Notes: a model not told the origin generated them from the sequence alone. Numbered from the stretch's first letter, positions 51,150-61,298 are shown. The stretch: 64,000 nucleotides of DNA from an uncultured Verrucomicrobiales bacterium (GCA_964561965.1 CAZLQY010000002.1:50421-114420), one strand, 5' to 3'. Numbers and translations: made by a program.

Positions 51150-51745
51150 TTCGATATCACCTCAGCCTCATATTTCTTATCCTGGCAGCTTGTGTACTAC
51201 AACAGTTCGTGCCAGCCATTACGGTATTATTTGATGCTCGCATCCTCGTCTTACCCCTAGTGTTTCTCTGCTCCGCAGTCACTGTCCGGTTTGGCATGAT
51301 GTTGAGTTTAGCCTTTTTATCTGGCTTCTTATGGGATGCGCAGCACACCCTCAGCCCACACGGAGGAGATATTAGCGTATACACAGAACTCCCTCCTTCC
51401 CTTTCCTTTGGCTACTCGATATTACTCTACGGTTTCATGGGCTTCGTCATGCAAAGTATGCAGCCCCTATTCCGCCGTGGTATTTGGCAAGTTTCTGCAA
51501 TCTTGACTGGTGTTGCTACATTTCTTTATCTCTTCACGGAGTTCTCCCTCATCACCTTTGTTCGTGGAGAGCTCCAGTTTCCCTCACGTGTCTTTATGCA
51601 AATCTGGATCACATCCGCCCTCACCATGTTCTGCTCACCCATCGTTTTCGCTTTATTATTCCGGTTAGCAAAGGCATACGATTATGTCATTCGCTATGAC
51701 GGATTGCGCCGCCGGTACTTTACGCCAGAAACTCCGATCGATTAA
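51146..51745 (+). CDS. mreD: Rod-shape-determining protein MreD
   Basis: 199-aa polytopic membrane protein. ATGA overlap with mreC. Position in the mre operon. Confidence 0.7.
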   Translation: MIRYHLSLIFLILAACVLQQFVPAITVLFDARILVLPLVFLCSAVTVRFGMMLSLAFLSGFLWDAQHTLSPHGGDISVYTELPPSLSFGYSILLYGFMGFVMQSMQPLFRRGIWQVSAILTGVATFLYLFTEFSLITFVRGELQFPSRVFMQIWITSALTMFCSPIVFALLFRLAKAYDYVIRYDGLRRRYFTPETPID

Positions 51746-51764
51746 CCCCTATTAACCTCGCACC

Positions 51765-53885
51765 ATGACTCCTCGCTATAGGCACAGACTTTACTACCTA
51801 ACCGTCCTCATTTTGGTCGGTTGTGGAGTATTGTTAAACCGCCTTCACGAGATGCAGATCCTAAACCAAGAAAGCTATCGAGAAAAACTGCCCCAAAATT
51901 ATACTGTCAAAGTTAGAGAGCCCGGCATTCGTGGTGAGATCACTGATCGCAATGGCATCGTGATGGCAAAAAACCTCAAAAACTACGAAGTCGTTTTTAA
52001 TCTAGAAGAAATCTATCAAGACTATCTAGCCAATAACGACACAACTCTCACAACACCTCACTCTAAAGACGGGGCACCAGCCAAAACTTCCAGAATTAAC
52101 ATTGCACAGATCGTACAAGAATGGGTCATCCCGAGATTAGAAAGCCACGGGCTCCAAGCCAAGTTTAACAGCCGGGCAATGAACTCACACTTCCTCACCC
52201 ATCGCGGCTTGGTACCCTACACCTTCCGGACAGATCTCACTTATGAACAATTCGCTCATTTTGCAGAGCATAACTTAGAATTGCCAGGAGTTTCCGTCTC
52301 CGTCACACCACAGCGCCAATATGCCTTTGGCTCACTGGCATCCCACATTCTAGGCTACATTAAACCCTGGGCAAAAGGAGATATCCCTCCCGAATATAAG
52401 CACTACATCGGTGAACCGAAAGGAGACACAGGTGTCGAGGCCGTCATGAATACTTACCTCAAAGGCCCAGAAGGTATTCAAACAATTCTTAAAGACGAAA
52501 AAGGCAAAACCATCGGCATCACAGATTACCAGAAACCAGGCATCGGCTCTAAAGTCCAACTCACAATCGACGCCCATATTCAACACCTAACAGAGACAGT
52601 TCTCAGGCGTGCAGGCAGAGGTGCAGCAGTCGTCATGGATCCCAGAACAGGAGAAGTCTTAGCCATGGCCTCTGTACCAGACTTCGATCCCAATGACTTC
52701 ATCCCATCCATCTCTGTCGAAAAAAACGACCAATACCGGAAAAATTTTGCCTCCCCTTTTACCAATCGAAGCATCAGTAAAATGGCCCCCGGCTCCACCT
52801 TTAAATTACCCATCGCCATCGCAGCTGCAATGCATGGAAAAATGGATTACTACTCCACATGCCCAGGCTACGTGCTCTACGGCAAACAGAAAATCCGCTG
52901 CTGGAAAGCCCACGGCCACGGCACACTGGGTATGAGTGAATCTATTCAACGCTCCTGTAACCCCTACTTCATGAAATTGGCCAATCAACTAGGAACCAAC
53001 AAAGTCGTAGAAGTTATGGAATTACTGGGAATGGGCCAACCGACAGGAATCCGCCTACCACACGAATCCTCCGGCACTGTACCAGGCAGTCAAGAATGGC
53101 AACGCAAGTTTCGAAACCAGAGAATGACTCCTGCCCTCACAGGTATGATGGCAATAGGCCAAGGCTACGCAGAGGCTACGCCCCTACAAGTAGCAGCACT
53201 CGTATCAGCCATAGCGAACGGCGGGCGTTATTACAAACCACGGATTATCCGTAAAGTAACCCACCCAGAACACGATGAACAAATCTCAGACACCCCCATA
53301 CTCCAGCAAGACTTACTCACTCAAGGCCTCTCACCTTCTGATCTAGCCACCATCAAACAAGGCATGTGGAAAGTCGTCAACCAAGTAGGAGGCACAGGCC
53401 GAAAGACCGCACTCGACGACATAGAGATCGCAGGGAAAACAGGCACAGCCCAGACAACGGATCAAGGAATACGCAGTCATGTTTCTTGGACAGTTTCCTT
53501 CGCTCCCTACGAATCCCCCCGCTATGCCGTTGTCGTCGCCGTCCAACGGGGCGGTAGTGGTGGAAGCGTTGCTGGGCCGCTCGTCAAAATGATCTACAAT
53601 GGACTATTCGCAGCAGAGCAAGGGAAAGAACTCCCTCTTAAACCGATGATTCCCTATGTGGGTAACTTTGGACTTATATCTGGTATTAGCCTCCCTACTG
53701 AAACAGACTTACTAAAAGCCACATTTTCCTCAGATGGATCCGAAGACAATGAGGAACATCTAAAAAACAAAATAGTTGTACAACACCTTTCCCCCGAAGA
53801 ATACCCAGACAATTTTTATGAAAATTATTCCAACCTACACCCCAATGGCAGGCGCCCTCCAAAGGCTGTCCCTATCACTGAATAG
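51765..53885 (+). CDS. mrdA: Penicillin-binding protein 2 (elongasome transpeptidase)
   Basis: N-terminal TM. Transpeptidase motifs STFK (PGSTFKL), SCN (RSCNPYF) and KTGTA. 706 aa. Confidence 0.9.
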   Translation: MTPRYRHRLYYLTVLILVGCGVLLNRLHEMQILNQESYREKLPQNYTVKVREPGIRGEITDRNGIVMAKNLKNYEVVFNLEEIYQDYLANNDTTLTTPHSKDGAPAKTSRINIAQIVQEWVIPRLESHGLQAKFNSRAMNSHFLTHRGLVPYTFRTDLTYEQFAHFAEHNLELPGVSVSVTPQRQYAFGSLASHILGYIKPWAKGDIPPEYKHYIGEPKGDTGVEAVMNTYLKGPEGIQTILKDEKGKTIGITDYQKPGIGSKVQLTIDAHIQHLTETVLRRAGRGAAVVMDPRTGEVLAMASVPDFDPNDFIPSISVEKNDQYRKNFASPFTNRSISKMAPGSTFKLPIAIAAAMHGKMDYYSTCPGYVLYGKQKIRCWKAHGHGTLGMSESIQRSCNPYFMKLANQLGTNKVVEVMELLGMGQPTGIRLPHESSGTVPGSQEWQRKFRNQRMTPALTGMMAIGQGYAEATPLQVAALVSAIANGGRYYKPRIIRKVTHPEHDEQISDTPILQQDLLTQGLSPSDLATIKQGMWKVVNQVGGTGRKTALDDIEIAGKTGTAQTTDQGIRSHVSWTVSFAPYESPRYAVVVAVQRGGSGGSVAGPLVKMIYNGLFAAEQGKELPLKPMIPYVGNFGLISGISLPTETDLLKATFSSDGSEDNEEHLKNKIVVQHLSPEEYPDNFYENYSNLHPNGRRPPKAVPITE

Positions 53886-53955
53886 AAGAACCACTTTATA
53901 ACAACATTCCAAACACAAACCCATTTCATTCACTTTACTCAAAACGAAACACTAT

Positions 53956-55542
53956 ATGATTAAAAAAATCAAACGAGCCCTAGGCTGGGGAACACCTGAC
54001 CCGCATAAAGGGGTCACTCTAGTCATCAACTCGGAAAAACTAGAACGCCGTGTTGCCCTCCTTGAAAACGGCAGCGTAGAAGAATACAATGTCGAACGCG
54101 AAGGCGATGCCAACATCGTTGGTAGTATCTATAAAGGTACCGTCAAAAATATTGAACCAGGCCTCAAAGCCATGTTTGTCGATATCGGTATGGAAAAAAA
54201 TGCGTTCCTTCACTTTTGGGACGCCATTCCTGCAGCTCTCGATTCTAGCTTAGAAGAAATCAAACGCGGTGACAGACCAAAGAAAAAACAAAAAAAAGTC
54301 ACCTCAAAAGACATCCCAAGTATCTACCCCATCGGATCTGAAATCATGATCCAAGTTTCCAAAGGACCGATTGGAAACAAAGGCCCCCGAGTGACAACCA
54401 ACGTCTCCCTTGCAGGGCGCTATCTCGTCCTCATGCCCTTCTCGGAGCAATTCGGCATCTCACGTAAAGTGGATGATCCAAAAGAGCGCCAGAGACTCCG
54501 CAGAATCATGCAGAAACTTAAAGTCCCAGAAGGGATGGGCATCATCATGCGCACAGTCGCACAAGGTCAGCGCGCGCGCCACTTTGTACGCGACTTAGCA
54601 ATGCTACTCGAACAATGGGAGCAAGTAGAAAACATCCGTGATAACAAGCCGGCTCCGATCTGTACATTCCAAGAACCAGATCTCATTGAAAGCACCGCTC
54701 GCGATTTCCTCACTGATGATGTCGATCAAATCATTTGTGATGATCTCGAAACCACAGAATTCATGCGAGAAGTCGCTGGGAAAATATCCCGCAGAGCAAA
54801 GCGCCGAATTCATCACTACCCCTCACGCCAATCCATCTTTTCAAAGATCGGAGTACAAAAGCAAATCGACGAAGCGTTTCACCGCCAAGTCTGGCTCCCC
54901 TGTGGTGGTTACCTCGTCATTGATGAAACGGAAGCTCTCATTGCCGTAGACGTCAACACTGGTAGAAACAAAGGCTCAAAAGACGTCGATAAAATGATCC
55001 TAGAGACCAATATCGAAGCCGCAGAAGAAGTCGCTCGACAACTCCGTCTCAGAAACATTGGAGGCCTTCTCGTTGTTGACTTCATTGACATGCGCCACCG
55101 CCGTGACCAAATGGCAGTCTACCGTGCCATGAAAGGCCGCTTAGCTCGTGATAAAGCGAAAACGCAGGTCATGCAAATCTCAGCCATCGGCCTCATGGAA
55201 ATGACCCGCCAGCGCCTACATGAATCACTCCGTGATACCATGTATGAGCCCTGCCCATACTGCCAAGGCCGTGCCCGAGTAAAGACCACAATGACAATGT
55301 CTGTAGAGATCCAGAGAAAGCTAAACACCGTCATTCAAAAAAACCGAGACACAGCAGGCGACCTCATCGTCATGGTCAATAGTGACGTCCTCAACCGCTT
55401 CAAAGCCGAAGACTCCTCTATTCTCATCGAATTAGAACGTTCGCATAGCGGCCGTCTTATCTTCCGCTCTGATCCATCCCTCCATCGTGAACACTTCGCC
55501 ATTATCGATGCAGCCACGGAAAAGGCAATCGCCGAAGGATAA
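53956..55542 (+). CDS. rng: Ribonuclease G/E-family endoribonuclease
   Basis: S1 domain GSIYKGTVKNIEPGLKAMFVDIG, catalytic core ALIAVDVNTG, Zn-link CPYCQG. 528 aa. Confidence 0.9.
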   Translation: MIKKIKRALGWGTPDPHKGVTLVINSEKLERRVALLENGSVEEYNVEREGDANIVGSIYKGTVKNIEPGLKAMFVDIGMEKNAFLHFWDAIPAALDSSLEEIKRGDRPKKKQKKVTSKDIPSIYPIGSEIMIQVSKGPIGNKGPRVTTNVSLAGRYLVLMPFSEQFGISRKVDDPKERQRLRRIMQKLKVPEGMGIIMRTVAQGQRARHFVRDLAMLLEQWEQVENIRDNKPAPICTFQEPDLIESTARDFLTDDVDQIICDDLETTEFMREVAGKISRRAKRRIHHYPSRQSIFSKIGVQKQIDEAFHRQVWLPCGGYLVIDETEALIAVDVNTGRNKGSKDVDKMILETNIEAAEEVARQLRLRNIGGLLVVDFIDMRHRRDQMAVYRAMKGRLARDKAKTQVMQISAIGLMEMTRQRLHESLRDTMYEPCPYCQGRARVKTTMTMSVEIQRKLNTVIQKNRDTAGDLIVMVNSDVLNRFKAEDSSILIELERSHSGRLIFRSDPSLHREHFAIIDAATEKAIAEG

Positions 55543-55560
55543 TCAAACATCAGCATCAGA

Positions 55561-55590
55561 GCCGTTCTTCACTGTAAGAACGGCTTTTTT
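55561..55590 (+). terminator. Intrinsic terminator after rng
   Basis: GCCGTTCTT-cactgt-AAGAACGGC followed by TTTTTT. Confidence 0.8.
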
Positions 55591-55767
55591 GTGCCCTAAA
55601 AAACGTTACGGAGGTCCATAAACTCAAAATCACTTCCGTCTACCCCCACTTGGTCAATCAGTTCATTTTGCTCAAAATTTAAACATCCGCTCACGGATTT
55701 TCCTCCAGCTTCTTCAACATTAGACTCAGAGTACACAAACAGTCTCTAAGGCTGACATTATAAAATC

Positions 55768-56334
55768 ATGACAACTTCGCCAAACATCCTCAAATTTCTA
55801 ATGAGTGTTGTAGCCTGTCTCTACTCCACTCTAGCAGCGACTCCTACCTCAATAGAAACAATTAACTTTGGAGACTCTGCTGAATCAATTTCCCTGAAAC
55901 TACAATCCAGCACATCGTTTCAATCAAACCTTTCAGAAGGCTCCATAGAACAACAGGATTTAAACGGAGCTTTCCGAAGCAACGTAGATATCTTAGGCGT
56001 TCCCTACTACCTCTGTTTTCAATTTCATGCCAATAGGCTTTCCGATCTACATTTCCGCTCTGAAATTCAGCATTCTCATCAGTACTCCAGCACAATAAAA
56101 GAGCTCTGGGAAGAAAGCGTTACTCTTGTGACAAATATCTACGGTGCCAGTAAACACCAGTTACCAATGCCAGCTAGTTCCTCCATTTTCAAGAATACCA
56201 TTATGTATTCACATATCTGGAAAAACGGAAACACAACCATTCTTGCAGGAATTGGCGAAGAACAAGGCGCTTACTATTCCATCATTACCTTCACGCAAAC
56301 TAACATCACAGACTTACCAGAACGATCTAACTAA
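55768..56334 (+). CDS. Hypothetical secreted protein
   Basis: 188 aa. N-terminal hydrophobic signal-like segment (ILKFLMSVVACLYSTLAA). I recognise no family. Confidence 0.4.
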   Translation: MTTSPNILKFLMSVVACLYSTLAATPTSIETINFGDSAESISLKLQSSTSFQSNLSEGSIEQQDLNGAFRSNVDILGVPYYLCFQFHANRLSDLHFRSEIQHSHQYSSTIKELWEESVTLVTNIYGASKHQLPMPASSSIFKNTIMYSHIWKNGNTTILAGIGEEQGAYYSIITFTQTNITDLPERSN

Positions 56335-56399
56335 CGAAGCCTTCCTAAAAACCTTTATAACTTCATTCGTTAGTCACCACTTTAAAGTGGCATGCCCAG

Positions 56400-57125
56400 T
56401 TAAATCTGCTTCATTTCCGCAATTTCTTCGAGCGTGATAAGTTTACTGATTAATTCTTCTCTAGTAGCCACTTTGAGTTCACTAGCTGGAACGGCTCTTG
56501 AGAGATCAAAATCACCAGAATGAGTCCGCCTCAAAGCCGTTAGATGAGCTCCACACCCTAGATCTTGACCTATATCATGCGCATAGGTTCTGACATAGAA
56601 TCCTTTTGTGCATTTCACTGTAAAATCAACGTGTGGGACATCTATCTTATGGAGAATAGACTCAAATACAGTGACCGGTCGTGGCTTTCGCTCGACCTCT
56701 TTCCCCTTTCTTGCCAATTTATATAATGCCACTCCATTGATTTTAATCGCCGAGACCATAGGAGGGATTTGCTCAAAATCACCTGTATAAGCACCAAAGG
56801 CATTTCGAATTTGCTCATCTGAGAAATTTGGAACTATTTTTTCTTCTAGAATTTCCCCTTCTCGATCTTGAGAATTTGTCGTCACACCCAGAGCCAAAGA
56901 CCCTTGGTATACTTTGTGCTCAGACATCAATAAATCGGAGAGTTTTGTCGCCTTTCCCACAACTAAAATAAGCACTCCTGTCGCCATTGGATCAAGAGTA
57001 CCACAGTGGCCGATCTTTTTCATCTTTAGCTGTCTTCTCGCAATAGCAACCGCATCGTGCGAAGTCATATCAGGTTCTTTATCAACGATAAGAACCCCAC
57101 TAGGCAATTCTAACAAATCCTTCAT
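56400..57125 (-). CDS. truB: tRNA pseudouridine(55) synthase
   Basis: GHCGTLDPMATGVL catalytic-Asp motif. 241 aa. Confidence 0.95.
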   Translation of the reverse strand: MKDLLELPSGVLIVDKEPDMTSHDAVAIARRQLKMKKIGHCGTLDPMATGVLILVVGKATKLSDLLMSEHKVYQGSLALGVTTNSQDREGEILEEKIVPNFSDEQIRNAFGAYTGDFEQIPPMVSAIKINGVALYKLARKGKEVERKPRPVTVFESILHKIDVPHVDFTVKCTKGFYVRTYAHDIGQDLGCGAHLTALRRTHSGDFDLSRAVPASELKVATREELISKLITLEEIAEMKQI

Positions 57126-57128
57126 TAT

Positions 57129-58124
57129 CTAAGCTAAAACACGCTCCACTTCGACTAACACTAATCGCCTAGCTTCACCAATGGGCCCTGCCATTCTAAT
57201 CCCAGCAGCCTTGGAATGGCCACCTCCGCCGAACACCTTAGCAATCTCACAAACATCAATTCCTGCTGATTTAGAACGCATACTCACTCTCACAGCACCA
57301 CCTTCTAATTCTTCAAAAAGCACAGCTATTTCAATCCCTTTAATAGCACGAATAATGTCAATCAAGCCTTCATTGTCCTCGGGTTTTAATTCGAGCTTCT
57401 CTCGTACAGACCACAGTTGAGTCCAGTCAGCGACTCGCTCATCACAACTAAGTTCAAGAGTATTTAAGAGCTCACGCATGAGTTCCACTCGGCGAAAAGG
57501 GTGACTATCATATGTTAGACGATTGATTTGACCTACATTAAGGCCACGCTTCACCATCTCAGCCGCCATTTCATACGTTGCAGCAGTCGTAGAACCATAT
57601 TGAAATGAACCTGTATCTGTGGATACAGCAACATAGATATTATCCCTCGTTACATCGGAAATTGGGAAATCCTGATCATTTAAAAACTCATACAGAATTT
57701 GACCAGTAGCTGGAGACTCTGCATCGATGTAATTGAGGTCTCCATAGCGAGGATTAGAAATATGATGATCGATATTGATCCAAATTTTAGCCTTGGAAGC
57801 CGCAAGATTCGATTGATCTCCCAATCTGGGCTTCGTCGCACAATCCAGAGCAATCGCAACATCAACATCAAGAATCTCGCCTTGTGGTTGTTTCACATTC
57901 TCGGAATAAGGTAGAAACTCTAGGTTTTCAGGAGTTCCATCTTCATTTCTATAATATACTGTTTTACCAATTTGTTCCAGCGCGTGACCCAGCGCTAGCT
58001 GAGAGCCTATGGCATCACCATCAGGCCTCACGTGACTCATTAGAATAAAGGTTTGATGCTCTCTGAGCACATCTGCAATCTCTTGAAAAGAGTTATTTTG
58101 AGAATCTGACATCGTATTAAACAT
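57129..58124 (-). CDS. nrnA: DHH/DHHA1 bifunctional oligoribonuclease / pAp phosphatase NrnA
   Basis: DGDAIGS, NIDHHISN (DHH) and FGGGGHSKAAG (DHHA1 GGGH). The tracked ORF starts at a TTG (58172). ATG starts at 58124 or 58112 are more likely. Confidence 0.8.
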   Translation of the reverse strand: MFNTMSDSQNNSFQEIADVLREHQTFILMSHVRPDGDAIGSQLALGHALEQIGKTVYYRNEDGTPENLEFLPYSENVKQPQGEILDVDVAIALDCATKPRLGDQSNLAASKAKIWINIDHHISNPRYGDLNYIDAESPATGQILYEFLNDQDFPISDVTRDNIYVAVSTDTGSFQYGSTTAATYEMAAEMVKRGLNVGQINRLTYDSHPFRRVELMRELLNTLELSCDERVADWTQLWSVREKLELKPEDNEGLIDIIRAIKGIEIAVLFEELEGGAVRVSMRSKSAGIDVCEIAKVFGGGGHSKAAGIRMAGPIGEARRLVLVEVERVLA

Positions 58125-58208
58125 CTCTGTAATGCGAGGCCAGAGCCTAAATGGGGTTCTCACGAAGAGCAAGGAAAACTCTCCGTTTACAAGTCCACAT
58201 TTTCACCT

Positions 58209-59021
58209 ATGTTTCTGCCCGTGGATAAATTGACTGAAATCATGAACTACAAACAAGAGGAGATTACCCCCCTCCTCTCTCGTACGGCCAAACTCAAAGC
58301 AGCCGCTCTCAATCGAAATGAATTTCGAGGATTTCGCTCTGCACTCAACCGTGGACCAGATCATCTAGGCATCATAGCCGAAGTCAAAAAGGCATCACCT
58401 TCCGCTGGGATCATCGACCCGAACTTTGACCCCATTCGCCAGGCAAATATGTATATTGAGGGTGGCGCATCATGTATGTCCATTCTCACGGACGAAAAAT
58501 ACTTCCAAGGCCATCTCTCCTACCTCACAAGAATCGCAAAAGAATCTCCTATCCCTGTACTACGTAAAGACTTCATCATTCATGAGGTGCAAATTTATGA
58601 AGCCATCGTTGCTGGTGCAGATGCTATTTTACTCATTGTGGCAGGCTTAGAAGAAGATCAATTACGGCGCCTCTACCATACGGCAAAGGACTTCCAACTC
58701 GACGTCTTAGTTGAAGTTCACAATCTAGCAGAAATGGAAACCGCTATCGACTTGGAAGCGGACCTCATCGGTATTAACAACCGGAATCTCAAAACATTTA
58801 CAACAGATTTAGCTACGACTGAGCTTCTGGCAGACGAGGTCTCTGAAGACATCCTTCTCGTCTCAGAGTCCGGCATCAAAACGATCGAGGACGGGCAGCG
58901 TGTCTTAGATGCTGGAGCTAATGCCATCCTTGTAGGCGAATCCCTCATGCGAGCGAATACCCCAGCAGATGCCATTGCTGCATACCTTAGCCTAGAAAGC
59001 ACTCCTGATACTCTCGAATAA
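58209..59021 (+). CDS. trpC: Indole-3-glycerol-phosphate synthase
   Basis: IAEVKKASPSAG, LRKDFI and GINNRNLKTF motifs. 270 aa. Confidence 0.9.
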   Translation: MFLPVDKLTEIMNYKQEEITPLLSRTAKLKAAALNRNEFRGFRSALNRGPDHLGIIAEVKKASPSAGIIDPNFDPIRQANMYIEGGASCMSILTDEKYFQGHLSYLTRIAKESPIPVLRKDFIIHEVQIYEAIVAGADAILLIVAGLEEDQLRRLYHTAKDFQLDVLVEVHNLAEMETAIDLEADLIGINNRNLKTFTTDLATTELLADEVSEDILLVSESGIKTIEDGQRVLDAGANAILVGESLMRANTPADAIAAYLSLESTPDTLE

Positions 59022-59078
59022 TCAAGTCTTATCACAGACAAAGACAGTTCTTCCCTGTCTTCCATTCCGATATCTCTA

Positions 59079-59109
59079 AGAGCTTCCAACCCTGGAAGCT
59101 CTTTTTTTG
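59079..59109 (+). terminator. Intrinsic terminator after trpC
   Basis: AGAGCTTCCA-accc-TGGAAGCTCT followed by TTTTTT(T). Confidence 0.8.
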
Positions 59110-59308
59110 TGCCCTGCAAACTTCAATAACAGGCGAATCAATACATTGTAGTCCCCCATTTCATCTTTCGTTCAGATGCTCTAGAGCTCCCTCCCCCCAT
59201 TCTCTCAGCCCTTTCAGCTTCCTCCACTCCCTACAGCACCAAAAACCTGATGGCTTAAAATTTTATAAATTTTGAATTATTTGCTCTATTATTTCTTTAA
59301 TAACCTGT

Positions 59309-59345
59309 AATCTCTATTTTTTATAAAAAAACAATCTCTGTTTTT
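59309..59345. repeat. Direct repeat AATCTCT[A/G]TTTTT x2, 24-nt period, inside an AT-rich tract
   Basis: Copies at 59309-59321 and 59333-59345 differ at one position. Read directly from the sequence. Confidence 0.6.
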
Positions 59346-59352
59346 CATCCGT

Positions 59353-59415
59353 TTTTATTTAAAATTGTTAATAAACCAATGTATTTTAATCATTTACTAA
59401 AGTTTTATTTAAAAT
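59353..59415. repeat. Exact 13-nt direct repeat TTTTATTTAAAAT x2, 50-nt period, inside an AT-rich tract
   Basis: Copies at 59353-59365 and 59403-59415. Read directly from the sequence. Confidence 0.6.
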
Positions 59416-59420
59416 CAATA

Positions 59421-59448
59421 TTGACAAACTATTTTTTTAAGAAATAAT
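59421..59448 (+). promoter_or_regulatory. Sigma-70-like promoter candidate upstream of the LysM gene
   Basis: TTGACA (59421-59426), a 16-nt spacer, then AATAAT (59443-59448). It would leave only a ~5-nt leader before the ATG at 59460, so confidence is low. Confidence 0.3.
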
Positions 59449-59459
59449 CCTAAATTGTT

Positions 59460-60419
59460 ATGAAAAGACTAGCCCTTGTTACAGCCACACTCGTCGGCCC
59501 CCTTGGCGCCTTTGCCCAAGGAGCGACCGAATTAGAAACACTTCGCGCACGCTGCTCCGAGCAGGAGCGCCAAATCGTGCAACTTGAAACCAAGGTGGAT
59601 CACCTCAATTCCATCATTGAGCGCAACCAACGCCAATCCATCACAAACCCAAAGGTGAACACCACACCTATCGCTTCATCTCAAACAGGAACATCCACTA
59701 ACTACATTGTTCAAAAAGGAGATAGCATTTCCAAAATAGCCAAACATCACAAAACAAGTGCACAAGCTATCATCTCAGCCAATAAGCTTGAAAATGCAGG
59801 CATCATTGCCATAGGCCAGAAGCTCATTATCCCAACAGCACAGCCTACTAAAAAATCAACCACTTCCGATCAACCGTCTAAAGCTCTTGCCACTAGTGAG
59901 ACAAAAGGAACAGAAACCAAACAAACCACAACACTCTATAAAGTAAAAACTGGTGACACTCTTTATAAAATATCGAGAAACTCCGGGCTAAGTGTAAGCC
60001 AGCTATTAAAAGCTAACCCAGGAATCAATGCTAACCGCCTGGCCGTAGGTCAAACCATCAAACTTACGAACACGACAGGTTCCCCATCTTCTAAAGCTGT
60101 CAAAAAAGCACCGAGTATCGCAAAAGCGAAACCAACCGCGCCCAAGCCAGCTCCAAAAAAAGCGTCTACACCAAAGCCTACGCCTAAACCCGCTCCAAAG
60201 GTAGCAGCGCAAGCGCCCAAAGAACAAACCGTTCATAGCGCCCAAAATCCAACATCTGTACGAGCCGTAAAAGTCGACAAACAAATTACTTTTGGAGATT
60301 TTTGTAAGGCCCACGGCGTTACAGTGGATCAAGTGAATGAACTCAATGGACACGCTCTAACAAAGAGTCAGTACCTAGCCAAAGGCTCCGAACTCTATGT
60401 TCCATCAACTCAGCATTAA
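59460..60419 (+). CDS. Secreted peptidoglycan-binding protein with coiled coil, two clear LysM domains, a Pro/Lys/Ala-rich linker and a degenerate third LysM-like unit
   Basis: Signal peptide. YIVQKGDSISKIAKHHKTSAQAIISANKL...GQKLIIP and YKVKTGDTLYKISRNSGLSVSQLLKANPG...GQTIKL. Linker KPTAPKPAPKKASTPKPTPKPAPK. Confidence 0.8.
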   Translation: MKRLALVTATLVGPLGAFAQGATELETLRARCSEQERQIVQLETKVDHLNSIIERNQRQSITNPKVNTTPIASSQTGTSTNYIVQKGDSISKIAKHHKTSAQAIISANKLENAGIIAIGQKLIIPTAQPTKKSTTSDQPSKALATSETKGTETKQTTTLYKVKTGDTLYKISRNSGLSVSQLLKANPGINANRLAVGQTIKLTNTTGSPSSKAVKKAPSIAKAKPTAPKPAPKKASTPKPTPKPAPKVAAQAPKEQTVHSAQNPTSVRAVKVDKQITFGDFCKAHGVTVDQVNELNGHALTKSQYLAKGSELYVPSTQH

Positions 60420-60490
60420 GCTTTAAGTTTTATCTCAATATAGTTCAAACTATAGAAACATTTCGTTATCCGACGAAACATAACAAGGGC

Positions 60491-60529
60491 AGAGTTACTA
60501 GGTGCATTCCTAGTAACTCTATTCTTTTT
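60491..60529 (+). terminator. Intrinsic terminator after the LysM gene
   Basis: AGAGTTACTAGG-tgcatt-CCTAGTAACTCT (12-bp perfect stem) followed by ATTCTTTTT. Confidence 0.8.
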
Positions 60530-60561
60530 GTCTACATTCTTATATTAGAAATGCGGTACGT

Positions 60562-61143
60562 TTATCCGAAATAATCAGGCTCATTACCAGATTTCCACTT
60601 AATATTGCAGCCCGTAGCGGGTACGACAACGGAAGGAGGCGCAGCCCCTGAAACTAATAAATCAATCGCTTTTCTGAGGTCAGCTCCATCGGCCACAAAA
60701 TCATTATTAGGGCGAGAGGCATCAAATTGACCTGCGTAGAAAATATAACCTTGAGAATCCAACAAAAAGAAATCAGGGGTGCACGCCGCGAAATACGCAT
60801 GAGCGACTTCCTGAGTCTCATCAAACAGATAAGGGAAATTCCATCCATTTTCGCGAGCAAATGTCCTCATATGTTCAGGAGAATCTTGCGGGTAATTCAC
60901 AACGTCATTCGAATTAATAGCTAGAGTATTCACCCCCAGAGCTTGCACGTCAGATGCCAATGCACCCAGTTCCTTAGCCAAATGAATGACAAAAGGACAA
61001 TGGTTACATACAAATGCCACAAGAGAACCTGCTTCCCCTAAATTCTCCCGAAGACCAACGTCCTCCCCCTCACAGGTAGGAAGCATAAATTCAGGAGCCT
61101 TATCACCTATTTTCAATACAAATGTTGATGGAACTTCAGCCAT
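60562..61143 (-). CDS. Thioredoxin-fold protein, AhpC/TSA-redoxin-like with a CxxC site
   Basis: GDKAPEFMLP...SLVAFVCNHCPFV. 193 aa, no signal peptide. Confidence 0.8.
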   Translation of the reverse strand: MAEVPSTFVLKIGDKAPEFMLPTCEGEDVGLRENLGEAGSLVAFVCNHCPFVIHLAKELGALASDVQALGVNTLAINSNDVVNYPQDSPEHMRTFARENGWNFPYLFDETQEVAHAYFAACTPDFFLLDSQGYIFYAGQFDASRPNNDFVADGADLRKAIDLLVSGAAPPSVVVPATGCNIKWKSGNEPDYFG

Positions 61144-61298
61144 AGAGGCAGCGTAATTTTAAAGTCACTACAGAGCCATCATATTCTTCAGGAAGCATCT
61201 CACAAACAATAAAAACTATGACACGCCAACGTCTTAAAAAGTGTCAAACATAGGATATCCTGAATATTTGCTATAGATTGACAGCTGCAATCTCTCAC

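Noticed and set aside
59230-59459. AT-rich repeat tract considered as a replication origin (DUE with iterons)
   Set aside because: No DnaA-box-like 9-mers lie in or next to it and no origin-linked genes are present. It is kept only as a promoter or architectural-DNA finding.
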